Assembly: GCA_037479045.1 (NCBI GenBank)
Contig: JBBFLL010000002.1
Location: forward strand, 2,347-66,346
DNA from: Brevinematales bacterium
GTDB taxonomy: Bacteria > Spirochaetota > Brevinematia > Brevinematales > JAOACQ01
DNA length: 64,000 nucleotides
Reading direction: 5' to 3'
How positions within the stretch are numbered: the first letter of the stretch is position 1; every line of letters starts with the position of its first letter. Position numbers and translations under genes: made by a program. Shown one piece after another: positions 1 through 9,435 of the stretch. The notes beneath the pieces are model-generated. The model did not search any database. It worked only from the letters and a program-made list of their open reading frames with translations, and was not told the origin of the DNA.

Positions 1-2
1 AA

Positions 3-344
3 AAACCATTGGGAGTTTATTATATTTCAAATCAAACTATACATGAATACTTTCGAGTTGTAACAAATCCAAGAATCTTTAAAGACTGTTTGAACTTAGA
101 AAAAGCAATTGAAAATATAAGTTTTTTCTTTGATTGGTTTAAGATTGCAGGTAATATTCCATATGGAAAAGATTTTTTGATTATTAAGATGAGGGAATAC
201 AAAGTTTCAAGTGAAAAAATATTTGATTTTGCACATTATATGATAATGATAGAAAATCACATACAAAATATAATTACTGTAAACGAAAAAGATTTCGAAA
301 ACTTTTATGGAATTAATGTAATTAATCCATTAAAAAAGGTATAA
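3..344 (+). CDS. PIN-domain (VapC-like) protein, 5' end runs off the window
   Basis: The frame is open from the window edge. HEYFRVVTNPRIF and the C-terminal ITVNEKDFENFYGINVINPL resemble the central helix and the T-x-N-x-x-DF...v-x-nP end of VapC/PIN toxins. The stop lies 4 nt before the cas5 ATG. Confidence 0.6.
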   Translation, partial: KPLGVYYISNQTIHEYFRVVTNPRIFKDCLNLEKAIENISFFFDWFKIAGNIPYGKDFLIIKMREYKVSSEKIFDFAHYMIMIENHIQNIITVNEKDFENFYGINVINPLKKV

Positions 345-348
345 GTCT

Positions 349-1107
349 ATGGATAAATTAATTATTTTTGATATATCTGGCCCTTTTGCAAATTTCAGAA
401 AATTCTATACAAATTCATCTTCTTCAACCTACATTGTTCCACCAAGAACGGTTATTTCTGGTTTGATTGCTGGAATTATTGGCAAACCAAGAGATAGTTA
501 CTATGAAGAATTTTCTATAGATAATGCAAATATAGGTGTAAAACCTTTAACTAAAGCAAAAAAGTTAACACAGACCATAAATTATTATAACATTGAGATT
601 AAAAATAAAACACTAAGATATCAAGTTCCTATGGAAATTTTAGTTCCAGAGAAAAGAAATGAATTGGTTTCTTACAGGGTTTATTTTTACCATAAAGAAG
701 AGGAAATATTTAATGATTTCCTTAGCCGATTGAAAGATAGAAGATTTATATATAATCCTTATCTTGGAATAACAGAGTTTCTTGCTAATATAAATTTTGT
801 ATCATTTTTAGATGATAAAAGTGTGAAAAAAGTAGAAATAAACGAAGAAGATTTTATAGAAGTAGAAGGATGTTTTAACATAAAATATATTATAAAATTG
901 GATACTTCTTCTAATCCACCTGTAGTAGTTAATAGAATGCCAATTCAGTTCAAGGAAAATAGAGAGCTTGATTTGTTTGGAGAGTATATAGTTGAGAAAA
1001 ATTGTAGCACCATAAAAGTAAAGCTAAAAAAAGAAGCACCTCTATACAAATTAACATACAGTTTTAATGGTGAAACAAAAGAAGAAAATATTATATTTAT
1101 GGAGTAA
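349..1107 (+). CDS. cas5: CRISPR-associated protein Cas5 (type I-B-like)
   Basis: 252 aa. The N-terminus MDKLIIFDISGPFANFRKFYTNSSSSTYIVPPRTVISGLIAGIIG is the canonical Cas5 RAMP start. The gene sits directly upstream of cas3. Confidence 0.85.
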   Translation: MDKLIIFDISGPFANFRKFYTNSSSSTYIVPPRTVISGLIAGIIGKPRDSYYEEFSIDNANIGVKPLTKAKKLTQTINYYNIEIKNKTLRYQVPMEILVPEKRNELVSYRVYFYHKEEEIFNDFLSRLKDRRFIYNPYLGITEFLANINFVSFLDDKSVKKVEINEEDFIEVEGCFNIKYIIKLDTSSNPPVVVNRMPIQFKENRELDLFGEYIVEKNCSTIKVKLKKEAPLYKLTYSFNGETKEENIIFME

Positions 1108-1117
1108 GAAATAAATT

Positions 1118-3607
1118 ATGTGTAAATTTTTCTCACATCCTGATAAAGAATTAAAAGAACATCTTGCTTCTGTTGCTGAATTAATGAAAATTAAATTTGA
1201 CAAAATTGTTTGTTCAGAAGTAATTGAAAATTTGAAAGAACACCTCATTAATATAATAAAAATTACAGGAGTATCGCATGATTTTGCCAAGTATACAAGT
1301 TACTTTCAAAAACATTTAAGAAATAATAACAGAGATGAATTATCAAATCATGGTCTTTTGAGTGCTTTATTTGCTTTTTTCCTTGTAGATAAATACCTTT
1401 GTTGTAAAAGCCTGAAAGAAAACGAATACTTAAAGTTTTTACCTTTATTAGTATTTCAGTGCATTAAACATCATCATGGGAATTTAAACAATTTGGATAG
1501 AGAAATTAATGATTTAAAGATTAAATTAGATATTTTGCAAAAACAAATGGAAGATATTTTAAAAAATAAAGAAAAAATTACATCTGAACTTAAGAGACTA
1601 TTGGGAGATATTTTTTGTCAATCTGAAGATTTTGATTTTTTAGAAGAATTTAGTAAGAAATTAAATACAGAAACTCAATATGAAGATTATCCCGTAGAAA
1701 TAATTTTTGAAATTGGAAAACTGAATTATTGTTTTAATAATAAAATTAATGAGGAATTAAAAGATTATTATTTTATTATAAATCAATATATTTATTCACT
1801 TCTGATTTCATCAGACAAGATAGATGCTGCGAGTTTAGAACAAATAAATGTTAATGGGAAAGAATTTTCTTTAGACATTGTGGAACAGTATAAAAATAAT
1901 AATTTTAATTCAAAGAATAAAATAAAATTTATTATAAATAACGAAATATTCAAATGTAATTTGATTGAAATGAGAGAAAAAATTTATTTCAGTGTTTTAG
2001 AAAAGCTTGAAAAAATTGACATAAAAAGAAATAAAATCTTTACAATCACAGCACCCACAGGAACAGGAAAAACAATTACTTCATTTGCTTCAGCTTTAAA
2101 GATAAGAGAAAAATCAAATAAACCAGATATGAAAATAATATATTCACTTCCTTTCACAAGTATAATAGAGCAAAACTACGAAGTTATTGAAAAAATTTTA
2201 AGTTTAATAGAAGATTTTAAAGAAAACAAAAGTTTGTATTTATTAAAACATCACTATTTTTCAAAACCAGAGTTTAAAGTTGAAAATGAAAAACTACCAG
2301 TAGATGAGGCTTTAATGTATATCGAAAACTGGGATAGTCAGGTGGTTGTTACCACTTTTGTACAACTTTTTTATACTCTTATAGGATGGAGAAATAGGGA
2401 ACTGAAAAAATTCCACAACCTTGCAAATTCAATAATAATTCTTGATGAGGTTCAAAATATACCAGTGAAATACTGGAAACTAATTAATCATATTCTTAAA
2501 CTAATTTCTCAGTATTTTAACACTTATATAGTGCTTCTTACTGCGACAAAACCATTAATATTTGAAAATGATGAGTCAGTAGAACTTCTTGAAAACCATG
2601 AAGAATATTTTAAGAATCTTAATCGTACTAGACTTATTTTTGAAGAAAAACCTATGAAGTTAGATGATTTTGTATGTTATGTAAAAAAAAGAATACCTTG
2701 TAAAAATAGCGTGCTGGTAGTTTTAAATACAATTAATTCAAGTAAAGAGTTTATAAAAAAGATTAAAGAAGATAAACTTTTTTCTAAATTTACAAAATTT
2801 TATCTCTCAACAAATATAACTCCATTTGAAAGATTAAATAGAATAAAAAAGATAAAAGATTGTCTAAAAAATAATGAAAAAGTGATAGTAGTATCAACTC
2901 AGCTTATTGAAGCTGGCGTTGATATAGATGTTGAGATAATTTTTAGAGATATAGCCCCTTTTGATTCAATCATACAATGTGCTGGAAGAAGTAATAGAAA
3001 TGGCAAACTCAGTAGAGTAGGAGAAGTTTATATTGTTAAATTGATAGATGAAATAGGAAGTCTATTTGCAAAAAAAATTTATGATAGTATATCAATAGAT
3101 GAGGGTACATTAAAGATATTTGAAGAGAACCCAAATAAGGATGAGAAAGAATATTTAAGTTTAATTAATAAATATTTTGAGATTATGAAAGAAAAAAAGT
3201 CAAGTGAGGAATCTAAAAAACTAATAAACTCTTTAAGAGAGTTTTATTTTTTTGATAAAGATTTTGAACCTAAGAAACAACTACCTTTGAGTAATTTTGA
3301 ACTTATCAGAGAATTACCTTATGAAGTTTCGTTATTTATAGAATTAGATGATGACTCAACTAAAATTTTAAATAAATTTAATGAAATAAAAAAAGAAAAA
3401 GATAGGCTTAAAAAATATAATGCATTTCAAGAAATAAAGAGTGATTTTTATAAGTATATAATAACTGTAAGAAAGGATAAAATTGTAGGTGAAGAAATTA
3501 TTCAGGATGATTTATATTGCATTTCTGAAGAAATTCTTAATGATTATTATGACAATGAAGAAAATGTTGGTATTGGTTTTGATCCAGATAAGTTTGTAAA
3601 AAAATGA
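1118..3607 (+). CDS. cas3: Cas3 HD nuclease / SF2 helicase fusion
   Basis: 829 aa. N-terminal HD motifs (SHDFAKY, IKHHHGNL), Walker A TAPTGTGKT, DExx-type ILDEVQ, and late helicase motif QCAGRSNR. ATGA overlap with cas4. Confidence 0.93.
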   Translation: MCKFFSHPDKELKEHLASVAELMKIKFDKIVCSEVIENLKEHLINIIKITGVSHDFAKYTSYFQKHLRNNNRDELSNHGLLSALFAFFLVDKYLCCKSLKENEYLKFLPLLVFQCIKHHHGNLNNLDREINDLKIKLDILQKQMEDILKNKEKITSELKRLLGDIFCQSEDFDFLEEFSKKLNTETQYEDYPVEIIFEIGKLNYCFNNKINEELKDYYFIINQYIYSLLISSDKIDAASLEQINVNGKEFSLDIVEQYKNNNFNSKNKIKFIINNEIFKCNLIEMREKIYFSVLEKLEKIDIKRNKIFTITAPTGTGKTITSFASALKIREKSNKPDMKIIYSLPFTSIIEQNYEVIEKILSLIEDFKENKSLYLLKHHYFSKPEFKVENEKLPVDEALMYIENWDSQVVVTTFVQLFYTLIGWRNRELKKFHNLANSIIILDEVQNIPVKYWKLINHILKLISQYFNTYIVLLTATKPLIFENDESVELLENHEEYFKNLNRTRLIFEEKPMKLDDFVCYVKKRIPCKNSVLVVLNTINSSKEFIKKIKEDKLFSKFTKFYLSTNITPFERLNRIKKIKDCLKNNEKVIVVSTQLIEAGVDIDVEIIFRDIAPFDSIIQCAGRSNRNGKLSRVGEVYIVKLIDEIGSLFAKKIYDSISIDEGTLKIFEENPNKDEKEYLSLINKYFEIMKEKKSSEESKKLINSLREFYFFDKDFEPKKQLPLSNFELIRELPYEVSLFIELDDDSTKILNKFNEIKKEKDRLKKYNAFQEIKSDFYKYIITVRKDKIVGEEIIQDDLYCISEEILNDYYDNEENVGIGFDPDKFVKK

Positions 3608-4107
3608 AAAGTTGCAATCCTCTCACTCCCACACTCTTCTGGTATTACTACATCTGTCCAAGAGAAGTCTGGTTTATGGCAAGGTATATTGTGCCTGAGC
3701 AGGATGATACAAATGTTGCCTTGGGCAGGCTTATTAAAGAAGAAAGCTATTCGAGAGAGAAAAAAGAGATAAGAGTGGAAAATATGGTTATTGATGTTAT
3801 AAAGAGAGAAAAGGAAGAACTTGTTGTATGTGAGGTTAAGAAAAGTTCAAAATATCTTCAAAGTGCAAAAATGCAACTTTTATATTATCTTTATCAATTA
3901 AAGCAAAAGGGATTGATTGTTAAAGGGGAACTGTTATTTCCAAAAGAGAAAGAGAAAATCTCTGTTGAGCTTACTGGGAAATCTGAAATAGAAATAAAAA
4001 ATGCAATAAATAAGATTCAAGAATTAGTGAATAAAGAGAATCCGCCTATTTTGAAAAAGAATACTTTTTGCAAAAGATGTGCTTACAGAGAATTATGTTA
4101 TGCATAA
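3604..4107 (+). CDS. cas4: Cas4 RecB-like exonuclease
   Basis: 167 aa. N-terminal Cys (YYICPREVW), nuclease core VCEVKKS, and C-terminal Cys cluster CKRCAYRELC, as in Fe-S Cas4. Located between cas3 and cas1. Confidence 0.9.
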   Translation: MKSCNPLTPTLFWYYYICPREVWFMARYIVPEQDDTNVALGRLIKEESYSREKKEIRVENMVIDVIKREKEELVVCEVKKSSKYLQSAKMQLLYYLYQLKQKGLIVKGELLFPKEKEKISVELTGKSEIEIKNAINKIQELVNKENPPILKKNTFCKRCAYRELCYA

Positions 4108-4118
4108 TGAGGTTTAAA

Positions 4119-5111
4119 ATGAAAAAACCAATTTATATTTTTTCTGATGGAGAATTAAAAAGGAAGGATAAAACTCTCTATTTTGAGAAAGAAAGTGGAA
4201 AAAATTATATTCCAATAGAAAATACTTCAGAAATAATGATATTTGGTGAGGTTACTTTAAACAAAAGGCTATTGGAATTTTTGACTCAAAACGAAGTTAT
4301 AATTCATTTTTTCAATCATTATGGTTATTACATTGGTACATATTATCCACGGGAACATCTTAATTCTGGTTTTGTTATACTTAAACAGGCTGAACATTAT
4401 CTTAATAGTGAAAAGAGGACAAATCTTGCAAAGAAAATAGTTTATGGAGCTGTTGAAAATATAAAGAAAGTTCTGGGATATTACAATTCAAGGGGAAAAG
4501 ACCTTTCAAGATGCATTCAAGAAATAGATGAGTTACAAGCCAAACTTGATGAGCAATCTGATATCGAACAATTGATGGCAATAGAAGGTAATATAAGAGA
4601 GCAATATTATAAGGCATTTGATATCATAATTGAAGATGAAGATTTTTGCTTTGAGAGTAGAACAAAAAGACCGCCACAGAATAGATTAAATACTCTTATA
4701 AGTTTTGGAAATTCAATGCTTTATACTACATGCTTATCTGAAATATATAAAACTCATCTTGATCCGAGAATAGGTTTTTTACATACCACTAATTTCAGAA
4801 GGTTTTCATTAAATCTTGATGTGGCAGAGATTTTTAAGCCAATAATTGTGGATAGAGTTATTTTTTCATTGTTAAATAAAGGTATGATTAAGGAAGATAA
4901 TTTTGAAAATAAAATGAATGGAATTGTAATGAACAAAAAGGGAATGGAAATTTTTGTAAAAGAATATGATGAAAGATTAAAAACAACTATTCATCATAAG
5001 GGATTGGGAAGAAATGTTTCTTACAAAAAATTGATAAGGCTTGAATTATACAAGATAGAAAAACATATTATGGGAGATGAAGAGTACAAACCTTTTGTTT
5101 CGGGGTGGTAA
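4119..5111 (+). CDS. cas1: Cas1 integrase
   Basis: The ORF track opens at 4068. However, the ATG at 4119 (MKKPIYIFSDGELKRKDKTLYFE) lies just past the cas4 stop and matches a Cas1 N-terminus. Later LNLDVAEIFKPIIVDRVIF resembles the conserved Cas1 C-terminal helix. Confidence 0.92.
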   Translation: MKKPIYIFSDGELKRKDKTLYFEKESGKNYIPIENTSEIMIFGEVTLNKRLLEFLTQNEVIIHFFNHYGYYIGTYYPREHLNSGFVILKQAEHYLNSEKRTNLAKKIVYGAVENIKKVLGYYNSRGKDLSRCIQEIDELQAKLDEQSDIEQLMAIEGNIREQYYKAFDIIIEDEDFCFESRTKRPPQNRLNTLISFGNSMLYTTCLSEIYKTHLDPRIGFLHTTNFRRFSLNLDVAEIFKPIIVDRVIFSLLNKGMIKEDNFENKMNGIVMNKKGMEIFVKEYDERLKTTIHHKGLGRNVSYKKLIRLELYKIEKHIMGDEEYKPFVSGW

Positions 5112-5375
5112 ATGTATTTTATTTTAATGTATGATGTAAATGAAAAAAGGGTAGCAAAGGCTTTGAAAACTTGCAGAAGATATTTAACATGGGTTCAGAA
5201 CTCAGTTTTTGAAGGAGAGCTTTCAAAAGCACAATATGAGAAACTCAAAGTTGATCTTAAGAAAGTTTTAAATCTTGAAGAAGATTCTGTTATAATTTAT
5301 GAACTTCGAGATGAAAGATATTCAAACAGGGAAGTTATAGGAATATCTAAAAATGAAGTAAATAGTTTTTTTTAA
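5112..5375 (+). CDS. cas2: Cas2
   Basis: 87 aa. MYFILMYDV...WVQNSVFEGEL is the Cas2 ferredoxin-fold signature. The gene starts on the base after the cas1 stop. Confidence 0.92.
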   Translation: MYFILMYDVNEKRVAKALKTCRRYLTWVQNSVFEGELSKAQYEKLKVDLKKVLNLEEDSVIIYELRDERYSNREVIGISKNEVNSFF

Positions 5376-5513
5376 GTCGATGTATTATAATGTAAAAATG
5401 TTAGTGGTTCGACAAATTTTTATTTTTATGTAAGAAAAAGAAAAAAATTTTTTTGAAAAATATTGATTCGATAGGAAATATTTGCTAAAATAATTAATAA
5501 CTGATGAAAATGG
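5376..5513 (+). promoter_or_regulatory. CRISPR leader with candidate sigma70-type promoter (TTGATT 5463-5468, 17-nt spacer, TAAAAT 5486-5491)
   Basis: AT-rich non-coding stretch between the cas2 stop and the first repeat. The -35/-10 hexamers have 17-nt spacing and end ~22 nt upstream of repeat 1. Confidence 0.5.
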
Positions 5514-5944
5514 ATTTTTAGTCTACCTATGAGGAATTGAAACATTAAAATCGTTACTTATAATACAGGTGATAAAAAAGATTTTTAGTCTACCTATGAG
5601 GAATTGAAACTTTAAATAAGTATAATAACTTCCCGCCCATCCATCTCATTTTTAGTCTACCTATGAGGAATTGAAACTATATATAGAGAGAGTTTTTTTA
5701 AAGGAGGTATATATATTTTTAGTCTACCTATGAGGAATTGAAACAATTTTTGAAAAGCAATAACAAAAAGCCCGATGTTTTATTTTTAGTCTACCTATGA
5801 GGAATTGAAACTAAACTTCGAGGTTAAAAACGAGCTAACGAGCGAATTATTTTTAGTCTACCTATGAGGAATTGAAACTTATTTTCTAATGTCGCATTTT
5901 GTATGTTTATACTTATTTTTAGTCTACCTATGAGGAATTGAAAC

Positions 5945-6344
5945 TCTGAAAACAAATTAGACCTAACGGGAAAATATGTTATTTTTAGTCTACCTATGAG
6001 GAATTGAAACGAATTAAACATTGCTATAATTCTTTGTGTGCAAATCAATTTTTAGTCTACCTATGAGGAATTGAAACATTGTATAAGTTGTGTTGAGATA
6101 AAAGTTTTTAAAGAATTTTTAGTCTACCTATGAGGAATTGAAACTCTGAAAACAAATTAGACCTAACGGGAAAATATGTTATTTTTAGTCTACCTATGAG
6201 GAATTGAAACGAATTAAACATTGCTATAATTCTTTGTGTGCAAATCAATTTTTAGTCTACCTATGAGGAATTGAAACATTGTATAAGTTGTGTTGAGATA
6301 AAAGTTTTTAAAGAATTTTTAGTCTACCTATGAGGAATTGAAAC
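5945..6344 (+). repeat. Perfect tandem duplication of a 3-spacer/3-repeat block (2 x 200 bp) inside array 1
   Basis: 5945-6144 is base-for-base identical to 6145-6344. The spacers are TCTGAAAACAAATTAG..., GAATTAAACATTGC... and ATTGTATAAGTTGTG.... Confidence 0.95.
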
Positions 6345-7874
6345 AAAAATACAATGGTCAAAATTGCGAAGTTATTACGAATTTTTAGTCTACCTATGAG
6401 GAATTGAAACTCATCAATCTTTAAATTACCAAAAAATTTTATAACAGATTTTTAGTCTACCTATGAGGAATTGAAACAAAGCACTCGATTTGATAATCTC
6501 TCTATCTCTGTCAAATTTTTAGTCTACCTATGAGGAATTGAAACAGAGAGTGTCAGAAAAGACACTCTCTTTTTTTTTGTATTTTTAGTCTACCTATGAG
6601 GAATTGAAACACGGCAAGGAAGAAAAATTCTTCCTTGACGGGGAGAATTTTTAGTCTACCTATGAGGAATTGAAACCAACATACTGTTTATTATTTTTCT
6701 CGCTCCACAACTATTTTTAGTCTACCTATGAGGAATTGAAACGGCTGATTCGTGATAAAATTTACTTAATCAACGGAAAATTTTTAGTCTACCTATGAGG
6801 AATTGAAACGATTTAATGAAAAAGAGCTTGCAAGTTTTGTTGAAGAATTTTTAGTCTACCTATGAGGAATTGAAACACTATTGAGAGTGATAAAATACTT
6901 CTCAAGCCAAAAAATTTTTAGTCTACCTATGAGGAATTGAAACATAAGATGGGATAGTATAAGCCCAGAGGGGTATTTAATTTTTAGTCTACCTATGAGG
7001 AATTGAAACTTGCTGACTGATCTGAATAAATACAGAGTGCTGGCAATTTTTAGTCTACCTATGAGGAATTGAAACTTCTTTACCAAAAAAAGACGTAATT
7101 GATATAAAAAAAATTTTTAGTCTACCTATGAGGAATTGAAACAACTGATAGAGATACAAAACGATTTACTTCGATTTGAATTTTTAGTCTACCTATGAGG
7201 AATTGAAACATAAGTGCAAGCGTAGATGGGGATATTATCGTCCCTGATTTTTAGTCTACCTATGAGGAATTGAAACAAAGATAAACTAAAAAATTTTTTT
7301 TGTAAAAGACTTATTTTTAGTCTACCTATGAGGAATTGAAACTTTTATTATATTTTTGTGAAAAATAAAGAATTAGTCATTTTTAGTCTACCTATGAGGA
7401 ATTGAAACATAAGTTCAAAGTATAAAGGATTATTTCCTATTTCTATTTTTAGTCTACCTATGAGGAATTGAAACTAAGATTGAAATATTTTTGTTTTTCA
7501 TCGGCAGGCATATTTTTAGTCTACCTATGAGGAATTGAAACTTTTATGATTGTAAAAGAAATAGTTAGCAATTATTTAATTTTTAGTCTACCTATGAGGA
7601 ATTGAAACATATACCACTCAAGCCATAGACTTAACTGGGCATAAATTTTTAGTCTACCTATGAGGAATTGAAACTTGGCGAGGATGTTAATAGAGAAGGA
7701 TTGAAAGAAAATTTTTAGTCTACCTATGAGGAATTGAAACTCGTTTATATCTATCTTAACTACTCCAAATCCAAACAATTTTTAGTCTACCTATGAGGAA
7801 TTGAAACCCAAAAAACGTTTGTCATTCAGGGGCAAATTACCATCATTTTTAGTCTACCTATGAGGAATTGAAAC

Positions 7875-8274
7875 TACGGATGTATATTTTTGCAATAATC
7901 AAAACACGGATTTTTAGTCTACCTATGAGGAATTGAAACCACTCAAGCCCTTTCTTGTTTAAAGCATCAATATAAAGATTTTTAGTCTACCTATGAGGAA
8001 TTGAAACTAATCTAAAACATTTCTTATTGTAAGAAAACTATTTGATTTTTAGTCTACCTATGAGGAATTGAAACTTCATTACAAAATGTGCTGCCTCATT
8101 TAAAGCTGTTAATTTTTAGTCTACCTATGAGGAATTGAAACTACGGATGTATATTTTTGCAATAATCAAAACACGGATTTTTAGTCTACCTATGAGGAAT
8201 TGAAACCACTCAAGCCCTTTCTTGTTTAAAGCATCAATATAAAGATTTTTAGTCTACCTATGAGGAATTGAAAC
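7875..8274 (+). repeat. 133-bp two-spacer block repeated 267 bp (4 units) downstream inside array 1
   Basis: 7875-8007 equals 8142-8274 (spacers TACGGATGTATATTTTTGC... and CACTCAAGCCCTTTCTTG...). In addition, the spacer at 8008-8044 recurs at 8939-8975. Confidence 0.95.
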
Positions 8275-8405
8275 TAACTAAATGTCTCCCACCTTGCAAA
8301 GCTCTTAAAAATTTTTAGTCTACCTATGAGGAATTGAAACTAACTATCTATTGGTGTCCTCAAAAGGTCACCCCCATTTTTAGTCTACCTATGAGGAATT
8401 GAAAC

Positions 8406-8671
8406 AAGAATTTCTTTTCGAGTTTATAGAGCTAACAAGGCATTTTTAGTCTACCTATGAGGAATTGAAACCTTGTAAAAGTTTCTTTCTTTATATCACC
8501 AATGCCTAATTTTTAGTCTACCTATGAGGAATTGAAACAAGAATTTCTTTTCGAGTTTATAGAGCTAACAAGGCATTTTTAGTCTACCTATGAGGAATTG
8601 AAACCTTGTAAAAGTTTCTTTCTTTATATCACCAATGCCTAATTTTTAGTCTACCTATGAGGAATTGAAAC
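8406..8671 (+). repeat. Perfect tandem duplication of a 2-spacer block (2 x 133 bp) inside array 1
   Basis: 8406-8538 equals 8539-8671 (spacers AAGAATTTCTTTTCGAG... and CTTGTAAAAGTTTCTTTC...). Confidence 0.95.
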
Positions 8672-9435
8672 TTTTTCACAAATTCAACAGTCTTTCCAAT
8701 CAATTCATATTTTTAGTCTACCTATGAGGAATTGAAACATAGAATTTTATCAAGACAAAGCTCTTATGGATAAAATTTTTAGTCTACCTATGAGGAATTG
8801 AAACTTTAATACACCTAAGTAATCTTTAAAACTTCTTTTTCATTTTTAGTCTACCTATGAGGAATTGAAACATAGCTTTTTCACAAGTTTCAGCAAATTG
8901 ACAATATCATTTTTAGTCTACCTATGAGGAATTGAAACTAATCTAAAACATTTCTTATTGTAAGAAAACTATTTGATTTTTAGTCTACCTATGAGGAATT
9001 GAAACTTAACTGCTGTAAAAAATATTTCTGCGTTTGATTATGAATTTTTAGTCTACCTATGAGGAATTGAAACCCGAAAAAATCTTGTCAAGTTTTTTTT
9101 CATTTTTTTTATTTTTAGTCTACCTATGAGGAATTGAAACAGGTCTACCTCCTGACTTGAGGAAGTCACCTCTTGCCTATTTTTAGTCTACCTATGAGGA
9201 ATTGAAACTGATATATATGTAAAATAAAATAGAGAGGTGATTTATTTTTAGCCTACCTATGAGGAATTGAAACGATGTAGGTCTCAAATGGCAACAAATT
9301 TATGAAATTATTTATAGCCTACCTATGAGGAATTGAAACCAGTTTTTTGAAAATTATTTCCTTGCTAAAGCAAAAATTTATAGCCTACCTATGAGGAATT
9401 GAAACACACTTGCGTCATCTCCAAAATTCTGGACA

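Larger units (their letters stand above)
5514..9405 (+). CRISPR. CRISPR array 1: 59 copies of the 30-bp repeat ATTTTTAGTCTACCTATGAGGAATTGAAAC and 58 spacers of 35-38 bp (50 distinct)
   Basis: I placed every repeat by hand: the first is 5514-5543, the period is 65-68 bp, and the last is 9376-9405. The last three repeats are mutated (9244 AGCC variant; 9310 and 9376 ATTTATAGCC). The repeat ends in ATTGAAAC, the Cas6-type 8-nt crRNA tag. Together with the cas2-proximal leader, this gives + orientation. Confidence 0.98.

Noticed and set aside
5824-7778. Track ORFs 5824..6048, 6856..7086 and 7572..7778 (minus), with recurring FQFLIGRLKI peptides
   Set aside because: They are translations of the antisense strand of CRISPR array 1. 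The recurring peptide is simply the repeat, so this is not coding sequence.
7609-7977. Shared 10-mer CACTCAAGCC between two different array 1 spacers (7609-7644 and 7940-7977)
   Set aside because: With ~2 kb of spacer sequence, one or two shared 10-mers are expected by chance. This is not evidence of related protospacers.
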